64,000 nucleotides of DNA from Savitreella phatthalungensis (taxonomy: Eukaryota): assembly GCA_051599415.1 (NCBI GenBank), contig AP039696.1, forward strand, positions 186,001 to 250,000, given 5' to 3'. Below, one piece after another: positions 41,893 to 51,116 of the stretch. Numbering within the stretch: position 1 is the first letter of the stretch; each line of letters starts with the position of its first letter. The position numbers and the translations under genes are program-made. Under the pieces are notes generated by a model, which ran no database searches, had not been told where the DNA came from, and was given only the letters and a program-made list of their open reading frames with translations.

Positions 41893-44800
41893 ATGTCACA
41901 ATCGCTAGCACCTGGTCCAAGTCCAGGGCCAAGTCTAACTTCAGGCATAGCCAAGGACAAGGAAAAGGGCGAAGACGACGACGACGACCCAAGTAGGGCT
42001 CCCCCGGGCAAAGATCTTGACGATAATTCGCAGGCGCCTCTTGACGACGGCAGCAGCATAATCGAAAATCTCCTCGAAGGTAAAGAAGAGGACAAGAACG
42101 AGAGTAGTACCGAGGCATCGAGCGTGACATCTTTGCCAGCTTCCGAAAGCGATCTGACAGTCGCGACTCTGCCATCCTCCACGCCGCAGCCCACGCCGTC
42201 GCCCACGTCGCCAGCTGACGTCGCACATAACTCTGTACCACCTCGACCTACGCCGGCGCCCAGCTCGTGGCTCCCATATAACGACGCAGATCCCACACAA
42301 CCCACCACGGAGGCCACTCGGACTGACTCATACTGGGACCAACCTCCTACGGCAAACGGTAGAGAGATCTCGGAACACAGCAGCCTGAACAAAGATAGCA
42401 ATACTGGAGATCAGAGGAATGCAAATCCCGAGCCTTCAGGTGTAAGTTCATCTCCGACAACTCCTTCATCAGCTGTCACATCGCCCACGATTGCCGAAGA
42501 CCCAAATCCGACGCCCGGTACGGCCTCCTCCGTGCCGGTCACCAGTTTCCCATCACCAAATCTAAGTACGCCAGCCCTGACAACACCAGAGGCGAGCTCA
42601 CCAGCAATTGCCACTCCTCTGTTGAGCAGTTCAGCAGAAGACGACGCCAAGCCCCCGCCCCAGGTCGCTGGAATGCTCGAGAACAGCAGCTCTGGTGGTT
42701 CTCTCACTGCATCGGCCACAACAACCTCACCGGATAATGCTGGCGCTGCTGCTGTCCAGGTATTCTCTACGCCCCTCGCCAACCTCTCTCCGGCCACAAC
42801 TGCAGCTTCAACAAACGTCGATGACACGACGTCTGCCCCGCCGAGCGTGGCAGGTTTGAGGGAACACAGCAGCGGAAAGACAGATACGTCTTCGACTCCA
42901 GCCACTACAGACACGTCGACCACTGCCACCACGCCGTCATCGCAATCTGCAGGTGATCCAGCAGTCTCAGTCAGCCAGCCCCCGACCGGAGGATCCACCC
43001 CCGTAACTCAACAGTCCACCACGTCAGACACACAGGCTAAGCCACAGACGGCCGGATTACGTGAGACATCGTCTCAGACTGATTCTTCGTCCGGATCACA
43101 ACCTGTAATTGTGCCTGGCTCTGACACTAGCACCGCGGGAACCTCAACACCGCAGGATACCACAGCTCAGCAGGCAGTACCGCAGCAACCGGTGGCTCAA
43201 GACACCACATCGCAGCAATCAAATGCGGTCCCAGTCACAGCACCAGCTAATGGCGGATCGGATGGCACCAGTACTGCATCAGTCGCTGTCCCTGCCACTG
43301 ACGAACAAGCTCCTCCGACCGTGGCTGGATTCAAGGAGACGACAGCTGACAGGAGCGTTCCGAAATCTGATATTTCAACATCACAATCGCTCGGCTCGAT
43401 TGTCCAGCCGAGCTCAGACACATCTTCCTCGTCCTCGACGCCGCCATCATCAGACACGACCGGTGGCAAGTCTCACGAAGTTCCTGTGAGTGTGGTTCCC
43501 GCTGGACAGACTGACACCGGGTCGACATCATCAGTGGTCGGTCAGGACGTCTCGGCGGCGAACGGCGGATCAATCAGCATCGATGCTCCTCCAGCTGAAG
43601 CCGCAGCCGTCCCACATCATGGCAACCCGACGGGCCAACAACAGACTTTCGGCAGCAGCAGTTCCACAGACACCGGATCTACAACGACCGAGTCCACTCC
43701 CAGCAATTCAAATGCAGGTGATTCTGCCACAGATCAGAGCACCTCGATCGACGCAAGCAACCAGGGCACCAGCTCATTAACAGGATCGACAGGTGATTCA
43801 TCGGACGCCTCCACATCTCAATTGACCGGCAGCTCCTCTCTCATCGAATCGCCCGATAGTTCCTCGAATGGGGCATCAAGCACCTCCTCCACTGGATCCT
43901 CAGACGGCACGGCAGGCAACGCGCAGTCAGGAACAGCTGGCTCTGGTGACTTGACCTCAGCCTCTGCCACAGGCTCCACCGCTTCCACAACGAAGCATGG
44001 AAACACTGGAACGAACGGTGGAACCTCCGATCAGATTGGGTCTACTGCAGACACAACGACCTCGCAGAACGGCTCTCTCACAGGCACTACGAATGATAGT
44101 GATGGTGGTACGTCGTCATCGGCACAGACCAGCCGTGTTGGCGAACATCTGTCTTCCGGCGATTCCACAGGCGACTCAACAAATCCCTCCTCCACATCGA
44201 CCACTGCCAACACCAACCATCACACCCACACCGGTAACCACAGTGGTGCAGCGAGTCCTCAGACGACCACGCTGCCGGACGGCACAGTCGTACAAACCAC
44301 CACTTCGGATGATGGTAACACCGAACAAGACCCTTCAGTCGATGGCAGCTCAACCCCGACCACAGCCAATGGACAAAGTAGTTCAACCATCGGTACTTAC
44401 CACGCCACCGCTACCGAACACGGCTCTGGCGTAGATTCCTCTGGCAAATCCTCTGGCACATCCTCTAGCACATCCTCTGGCGCATCCTCTGGCTCAAATT
44501 CAGAGCCGAATCTCCGCTCGCAATCTGGAACTTCCTCTGGCACCTCGTCTGACGTTACTTCAGGCTCGAGCTCAGGCGCTGTCTCATCAGACAACTATAG
44601 ACCTAGCAGCAAGGGCGATAACGCAGCAAGTGATGCGAGTAACGGTGGTAGGAGCGGTGACGAAGCTGGCGATGCCTTTCATCCGGTCACGTCGGGACAG
44701 CGTCAAGCAGGCAACAACCATGTCGGCAGTGTACCCTACGGCACCGTTCCTGGATCCGGCACGACGTCGGATACTGGATCTGAGGGCTCGTCGGGCAACT

Positions 44801-47208
44801 CCGGCAGTCGAACTCTCGGACCTATCCAACAATCTGATGGTGATGGCACTCGGAGCAACGCCGTCGTCGGCGGTGCAGTCGGCGGCACGGTCGGCCTTCT
44901 CAGCTTTGCTCTCCTCATCCTCTTCCTCCTTTGGTATTACCGCCAGCTGAACTGTTTTGGCAAGCGTCGCAAACTCCAAAGGAGCATGTCGCGCTCCTCC
45001 CAAAAGTCAGATCTCTTCGGACCATCCCAAGAAGCCGTCCACTCTCTGTCCTTGCCCTTCCATCGTACAGACTCTGCTTCGACACAGCTATCGAGGCAGC
45101 TCTCGGCACAGCAGACTCAACAGCAGCAGCAGCAGCAGCTTAAAAGGTTACCATCGCCGGTACCGCAGAACAATGACATATCTAGCATCTTTGCTGTTCC
45201 GCGGCGTGCCGCATCTATCAAGTCCAATGCGTCGGCTTCCAAACGAGCTCGGAAGATACATGCCGCCTCCGACTCGGACAGCAGTTCGAGTTCCGTCAAG
45301 CTCTTCCGTGTTCCCTGGGCGCCCAATTCAAGAACACGTCCCTCGACCGCCTCGATCAATCCTCACACAGTTTCACCTCCTCCTCGGAGACCTCGGATTC
45401 GTGACCCGCCTCCTCGAACAGCGGAGACAATGCAAGAATCGCCTTTCAAATCACCGTTGGATCCGTTGTCGCCCGTGCAGCCACCATTGTCACCGTCCGA
45501 TGTCCAGCCGGCGCCATTACCACACGCTCCGGAAATGCTCCAGCGCGCGACGGTGAAACGCGCTCAACAGCCTCAAATACGCGATCCTTTCGCGGACACG
45601 CAGTCGTCCGCAGTCGCTGTCGCCCTGCAAGGATCTCTGCTACCGCCAATTCCAGAGTCGCCAATCTACAAGGATCCACTGCAGGTCAATTGGTCTGCGA
45701 GTCCCAGCGCCACTTCACTCTATCGCACCGCAAGCGAGCTCTCTCGAATCTCCGATGGCGTCGACCTCAGCTCCGGATCTCTCTCAACAGCACGTCAGCC
45801 TCCGCCGACCAGCGCAGCCAGAGCTTTCCTCCAAACAGCAGCTATCAACGTTCAGAGCGCCCATCAGACGACTCCACCAGTCAGGTCGATCATACGACCA
45901 TCGTTGCGAGTCTCGCCATTCGCCAACCCACGGCGCTCGTACAAAAGGGTTTCAACGCGATCGTCAGCCTCGTCGAATGCGTCCTCATCAGCGGACTCGT
46001 CCTCAAGTTCCAGCTCAAGCACTTCAATCGGCCATATGTCCACCAATAGCAGCGACACCGAGCGTAGCGAACGGTCCACGCCTTCACCAGTATCCTCGGC
46101 TCTAGCACTTTCAAGTCGCGGAACGCACGACAGTTACAGCACAGTCCACTCCACGACTGATCACTGCAGTGATGGCGATGGTCAGTGTGGCAACGGTGGC
46201 GGTAACGACTGCAATCACACCTCGCGCGCCCATACTCGTGGACCCTCAGAAGGCGACCGAACTCCAACTGCCGCTGACTTTGCCAGCGCCATCAGACGCG
46301 GGCCCGTTCATCCTCCTCCTCCTCCTCCTCCTCCTCCTCCTCAACAACAACAACAGCAGCAGCAGCGGCAGCAGCAACCACCACCACCACCACCACCACT
46401 CCGGATCATCACAGTGCAAGCGCTCAATGAGAATCAGCAGCAGTTCCAGCAGCGGGACGATTCTCGCCAACTCCATAAGCCAGATCAAGCCAAGCATCAT
46501 GTCTCTCCAGATGGCGCCGCCTTCAACTCTGCCGCCGCACGTCTGTTCAGCAATAACCAGCCTCGTGCGGTCGCCTCCAGATTCCCCAGTTTTCCTACAG
46601 CTGCTAACAAGACCGCCGAGCAGTCAACCAGCAGAACGACCACCAACGTCACAAAACACCTAAACCCTAGGCTGATCCTCAACGAGACTGCTTCTACAAA
46701 TTCCAGCTCCTCCTCAGGCTCCGTTGCCAAATCGCAAGGTCTAGGCAACGAGGGACGAATCACGATCGGTCTCCCTTCGAGCCATTCACCTCAGATCATC
46801 ACCAACGCCACGTCCTCTTATCCTTCTGCTGCTGCTGCTGCTGCTGCTGTGCCCCAGAACGGCCGGCTATCCGGACTGAGTGTTCGGAGCACGTCGAACT
46901 CGATCGTAAGCGACACGACTGCGACGACCAGTGACGACATCCATACGGCCATCCTGACGCGAGGCTCGCAAGTCTCACAGACACCGCAGAGGGCGAGCTT
47001 GATGTCGATCCGCCACCCTCACGGTCGATATCCGTCTCAGGACAGCTCTGGCACGAGTGGTAGGCACGGCTCATACTGGGCCAAAGCGGCTGCAGCCGTA
47101 GCTCCACGCATCGGCATCATAGCAACAGCTCTACCAACCCCACCATCCTCAGCAGCCGCACACCACCACCATCATCCCACCGGATCCCATCACGGCCGCC
47201 AGCATTGA
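41893..47208 (+). CDS. Large Ser/Thr-rich single-pass membrane protein (signalling mucin/Mid2-Skg6-like architecture)
   Basis: ~1000-aa S/T/G-rich region, TM AVVGGAVGGTVGLLSFALLILFLLWYY (~44860-44940) followed by basic KRRK, long Pro/Ser/Gln cytosolic tail; true start uncertain. Confidence 0.75.
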   Translation: MSQSLAPGPSPGPSLTSGIAKDKEKGEDDDDDPSRAPPGKDLDDNSQAPLDDGSSIIENLLEGKEEDKNESSTEASSVTSLPASESDLTVATLPSSTPQPTPSPTSPADVAHNSVPPRPTPAPSSWLPYNDADPTQPTTEATRTDSYWDQPPTANGREISEHSSLNKDSNTGDQRNANPEPSGVSSSPTTPSSAVTSPTIAEDPNPTPGTASSVPVTSFPSPNLSTPALTTPEASSPAIATPLLSSSAEDDAKPPPQVAGMLENSSSGGSLTASATTTSPDNAGAAAVQVFSTPLANLSPATTAASTNVDDTTSAPPSVAGLREHSSGKTDTSSTPATTDTSTTATTPSSQSAGDPAVSVSQPPTGGSTPVTQQSTTSDTQAKPQTAGLRETSSQTDSSSGSQPVIVPGSDTSTAGTSTPQDTTAQQAVPQQPVAQDTTSQQSNAVPVTAPANGGSDGTSTASVAVPATDEQAPPTVAGFKETTADRSVPKSDISTSQSLGSIVQPSSDTSSSSSTPPSSDTTGGKSHEVPVSVVPAGQTDTGSTSSVVGQDVSAANGGSISIDAPPAEAAAVPHHGNPTGQQQTFGSSSSTDTGSTTTESTPSNSNAGDSATDQSTSIDASNQGTSSLTGSTGDSSDASTSQLTGSSSLIESPDSSSNGASSTSSTGSSDGTAGNAQSGTAGSGDLTSASATGSTASTTKHGNTGTNGGTSDQIGSTADTTTSQNGSLTGTTNDSDGGTSSSAQTSRVGEHLSSGDSTGDSTNPSSTSTTANTNHHTHTGNHSGAASPQTTTLPDGTVVQTTTSDDGNTEQDPSVDGSSTPTTANGQSSSTIGTYHATATEHGSGVDSSGKSSGTSSSTSSGASSGSNSEPNLRSQSGTSSGTSSDVTSGSSSGAVSSDNYRPSSKGDNAASDASNGGRSGDEAGDAFHPVTSGQRQAGNNHVGSVPYGTVPGSGTTSDTGSEGSSGNSGSRTLGPIQQSDGDGTRSNAVVGGAVGGTVGLLSFALLILFLLWYYRQLNCFGKRRKLQRSMSRSSQKSDLFGPSQEAVHSLSLPFHRTDSASTQLSRQLSAQQTQQQQQQQLKRLPSPVPQNNDISSIFAVPRRAASIKSNASASKRARKIHAASDSDSSSSSVKLFRVPWAPNSRTRPSTASINPHTVSPPPRRPRIRDPPPRTAETMQESPFKSPLDPLSPVQPPLSPSDVQPAPLPHAPEMLQRATVKRAQQPQIRDPFADTQSSAVAVALQGSLLPPIPESPIYKDPLQVNWSASPSATSLYRTASELSRISDGVDLSSGSLSTARQPPPTSAARAFLQTAAINVQSAHQTTPPVRSIIRPSLRVSPFANPRRSYKRVSTRSSASSNASSSADSSSSSSSSTSIGHMSTNSSDTERSERSTPSPVSSALALSSRGTHDSYSTVHSTTDHCSDGDGQCGNGGGNDCNHTSRAHTRGPSEGDRTPTAADFASAIRRGPVHPPPPPPPPPPQQQQQQQQRQQQPPPPPPPLRIITVQALNENQQQFQQRDDSRQLHKPDQAKHHVSPDGAAFNSAAARLFSNNQPRAVASRFPSFPTAANKTAEQSTSRTTTNVTKHLNPRLILNETASTNSSSSSGSVAKSQGLGNEGRITIGLPSSHSPQIITNATSSYPSAAAAAAAVPQNGRLSGLSVRSTSNSIVSDTTATTSDDIHTAILTRGSQVSQTPQRASLMSIRHPHGRYPSQDSSGTSGRHGSYWAKAAAAVAPRIGIIATALPTPPSSAAAHHHHHPTGSHHGRQH
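46312..46398 (+). repeat. Coding compound trinucleotide repeat (CCT/CAA/CAG/CCA) giving polyP-polyQ-polyP
   Basis: Direct reading. Confidence 0.9.
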
Positions 47209-47356
47209 CAAAACACACACACACACACACCAACACAATCCACCACACCACCATTTAGAGAGACCTCCGCATCACAGCCTAATTAATCATTTCTTTTAAC
47301 CTCCTCGTTCGTGGATTACTAGAAGTGCCCGCTTAATATTACATACGTCAGGCAGC

Positions 47357-48445
47357 CTAAGACGTGGAAACAAGCTGTCTAGCTGTCTGGAGACCTAGAT
47401 CACCATACCCCTTGAGCATGTCTATGATGACGAGATCCTCCGGGTGTGGTGGAGAGTTCGCATTGACAATGTCCTTCACCAGCACATTGAACTCTCTCGG
47501 ATCCTCATTCGCCTCAACCACCACATCTCCGTCATCCTGTGCATCCCACCCCGGGACCCCGCTTAGCACATTCGCCAACCCTCTTGCAACAACCTCGATC
47601 GGCAACCAGTCTGCCAACTGAGCAATCGCATCCAGCGTCACCGCCTTCTCCAACAACGCCTGCCTATCGGGAGTCTTGTCCATCCGCCGAAGCATCCATA
47701 TCACCACCCGCCTCACAAGTCTAGCGACATCGAGAGGCGACTCCACATCCACAGTCCTACCACCATCGACACAAACGTAGTGAGCGAGACCACCGCCTAA
47801 GGACTCCGTCAGCATCTCTAGACTATCGATGCGCCTTGCGAGTGCGATGCCACGCCAGGGGTGGCCGTTTCTTGCGGACAGTGCGTCTGCGAGGACTGTG
47901 GACGGCGCTGTGTGGGCGAGGTGGCGGAGGAGACGAAGGCCATCGTAGTAGTGGGTGAGTGCGAGATCGTCATCGAGAGCGTCCACGTAGGTTGTCCCGA
48001 TCGATTGGCCAGCACCCAGGTACAACGAGTTGTAGAAATCAGAAGGAGTCAGTTCCTCACTAGAATCAACCCTCTCAACAACGCGTCCACGACATCCGTG
48101 TACGTGCTCACCAGCAACACAGTCCCACAGATCGTAGCAGCACGAAGGCGGGAGTGACCGAGTTAGGCAGACAGACGCGGCGAGGATGTGCGACAGGTCG
48201 TTGGGTTGGGAGGTCGGCGAGAGGGAGAGTTGGTGTTGGTGGTTGGCGCGGAAGAGGGGTTGAGCCTTGGAGAGGTGGGTGGGAGAAGGCCAGCGATCGC
48301 GGGGAGCAGGGAACAGGAGGGCTAGGCGAGAACGGTCTTCTGGTGTGAGGTTGGCATCGTCAGATGACGTGTGAGTGTCCGAGTGAGTTGGCCGTTGTTC
48401 TCTCTGCGGCGTATTGCGTCTGAATAGATCGCTCCAGGCGAACAT
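47357..48445 (-). CDS. Hypothetical protein (362 aa)
   Basis: Long ATG-initiated ORF filling the gap, globular-looking composition; no family recognised. Confidence 0.6.
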   Translation of the reverse strand: MFAWSDLFRRNTPQREQRPTHSDTHTSSDDANLTPEDRSRLALLFPAPRDRWPSPTHLSKAQPLFRANHQHQLSLSPTSQPNDLSHILAASVCLTRSLPPSCCYDLWDCVAGEHVHGCRGRVVERVDSSEELTPSDFYNSLYLGAGQSIGTTYVDALDDDLALTHYYDGLRLLRHLAHTAPSTVLADALSARNGHPWRGIALARRIDSLEMLTESLGGGLAHYVCVDGGRTVDVESPLDVARLVRRVVIWMLRRMDKTPDRQALLEKAVTLDAIAQLADWLPIEVVARGLANVLSGVPGWDAQDDGDVVVEANEDPREFNVLVKDIVNANSPPHPEDLVIIDMLKGYGDLGLQTARQLVSTS

Positions 48446-48734
48446 GGTAGACCGGCGGAGAGAGCTAGAAAGAGAGAGTTGATGATGTTGATGATGGCTT
48501 GGTTTGTGCTATGTCTTATGATGTGTGTGACAGGGTGATGGAATAGAGTTTACCCCACTCATTGTCACATTCCTGATCACGTGTTTTAGGTGACCTCATC
48601 CGTAAGATATTGGAAGGAGTACTCGATCTATTGTGATCCTTGTGTTTATTGTACTACGACATCCTGTCTACTTGCGCTGTCGTGTCATGTCATACGATCA
48701 TGGACTTTGGGGATTGGCGTGAAGGATTTTGTAT

Positions 48735-50174
48735 TCACCACCAGTCGCCTTGGGCTTGGAGAGCGTCAGCGACTCGGATGAATCCTGCGAGGTTGGCTCC
48801 AGTGACGAGGGATGGGAGACCGTCCTTTGTGCCTGGTGCGTACTGCTCAGCTGCTTCGACGCACTGGGTAAAGCACTGCTCCATGATGCCTGCGAGCTTG
48901 GCGTCCACTTCCTCGGACGTCCACCTGACGCGTGATGAGTTCTGTGCCATCTCGAGTCCAGAGACGGCGACGCCACCGGCGTTGGCAGCCTTGCCAGGAG
49001 CGTAGAACACTGCACCGGACTTGCCAGTCGCCTTTTCGCGTACAGCCTCAAACACATCGATCGCCTCCTGCGTGCATCCCATGTTGGAGCCCTCGGCGAT
49101 GAAGAGGCAGCCTCCGTCGACGAGTGCCTGGGCCTCTGCGCCCGAGACCTCGTTCTGGGTGGCGGAAGGCAGGGCAATGTCGACCTTGACGTGCGTCCAC
49201 GGGCGCTCCCCTGCCTTGTACACGTACTTGGCCTTGTCTGCGGAGGTGGAGGAGAGCCAGTGGTCGAGTGACTTCTTCTGGAGCTTGAGGTCGGCAATCT
49301 GCTGGATGTCTGCCGGTGTGAAGCCTGCCTGGCAGATGACGGAGCCCTTTGAGTCTGAGAGGGAGACAACCTTGGCACCTAGCTCGATCGCCTTGAGTGC
49401 AGCGTACTGGGCCACATTTCCTGATCCAGACAATGCGACCGTCTTGCCATCGAAGCTCTCCTTGCCACCGCTCGCATACTTGATCATGTGCTCGACGTAG
49501 TAGATCAGACCGTATCCGGTCGCCTCTGGACGGATGTACGATCCTCCCCACTCGGCGCCCTTGCCCGTCAGGATGCCCTCCCACTTGTTCTGCATTCTGC
49601 GGTAGGCGCCGAAGAGGAATCCGACTTCGCGTCCACCGACGCCGATATCGCCTGCGGGCACGTCCGTGTCAGCACCGATGTGGCGTGACAGCTCTCGCAT
49701 GAACGACTCGCACGCTCGTCGGATCTCAGAGTTGGACATGGTCGATGGGTCGATGTCCAACCCGCCCTTGCCGGCGCCCATCGACAACCCCGTCAGCGCG
49801 TTCTTCAGAGCCTGTTCGAGCGCGAGGAACTTCAGGATCGACAGGTTCACACTAGGGTGGAATCGCAGACCACCCTTGTACGGTCCGAGTGCGGACGACT
49901 GCTGCACACGGTAGCCAGTGTTGACACGCATCTTGCCACTGTCATCTTCCCACGTCACTCTGAACTGTACGATCCGCTCCGGGATCGCTAGAACTTCCAA
50001 AGCCTTCTCCAGCTCCGGACGCTTGCTGAACAGGGAGGATGACTTGATGGTGTTGGCGATCTCGGCCAAGGCCTGCTCGAACTGGAGATACAAGTCAGCT
50101 CATGGTATTCTGGCAGCGATGAGGATATTTAATGGAAGTAGACTTACCTCTGGCTCACTTGGCTTGTTTGACAT
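48735..50174 (-). CDS. GDH1: NADP-specific glutamate dehydrogenase; exons 50148-50174 and 48735-50081
   Basis: [54 protein letters not shown]; 66-nt intron GTAAGT...GCTGAC...CAG (50082-50147) restores [13 protein letters not shown]. Confidence 0.95.
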
Positions 50175-50447
50175 GGCTGAAGGAATAGATTCAATAAGGG
50201 TTAATGTAGTAGATTAGGTTGTGATGTGTGTTAGAAGATGATGAGGATGTGGGTGGGTGGGTGTAAGGGATGAGTGTGACTTGAGGATGTCTTATACCCG
50301 CAGGTGCCGAGTAGCTGAGTAGATCGGTATCTATCGGTTGGAAAGAAGGTATGCTTGTGACAGGCTCTCTCACTCAAGATGGTTGGATAGATTGTGTTTG
50401 AGAGTGACGGCGGGAAAGTCGATCGTTGGCAGGCTACGGCCTGTTGA

Positions 50448-50468
50448 CCAATGATTTGCGTCTGATAA
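50448..50468. promoter_or_regulatory. CCAAT box and GATAA site upstream of GDH1
   Basis: CCAAT at 50448-50452 and GATAA at 50464-50468; fungal NADP-GDH genes are known CCAAT/GATA targets, but these short motifs may be chance. Confidence 0.35.
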
Positions 50469-51116
50469 CGATTTTTGACAGATCTGACCTGGTACAGATA
50501 CAAGACAAGGGTTTCCTCGGTGTCGAGGGCGAGGGCGGCGGAATTTAAGGTGAGTCAGTCAAAAGGTGAATGGATATGTGAATGACGTACGTAGGCCCGG
50601 CGGGAGGAACTCCGGCTTAAGCGGATCTGACAAGGCCAAAGCCCGGGTCTAGGCTTTGATGAGATCAGAAAGTCAAAAAGTGATGGGAGGCCGAGTAAGC
50701 CGGTAGGATATATGATCGACAGGTTCTGACAAAAGTCGATATCTCCTATTTAGGCGACCGACAAGTGACGAGAGATAATCCTCTCCTTGTCAAGATCACC
50801 ATACAACCCGGCTAGTTTCAGGGCAAGTGGCAAATCCTCCACACAGATCGTCCATCCGTTGTAAGAGACACCGCGTCATTATATCCAGGCGGTGACCACT
50901 TAGATGACGCGTCCAGAGTCAGAGTCAGAGTCAAGTGATTGGAAGAGGAGTTTCGTGACCGATGTGTTTGTATATGTGTATGTATACGGCTAGATGCTAG
51001 AGCTGATCGTGAGATGATGTGTTTGCGTGGGTGGTAACAGAGGCCGAAGAAACGGACATGCTGTGAATCGTGGGTTGCGTGAGCGTACGTGTGGCTTTTA
51101 AAAGGTGGGAAATCCT

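Noticed and set aside
50411..50725. GGGAAAGTCGATC / GATCGAC as an RNase P P4 helix
   Set aside because: The 3' side does not fit the CR-V consensus, other conserved regions are missing, and it lies in the GDH1 promoter
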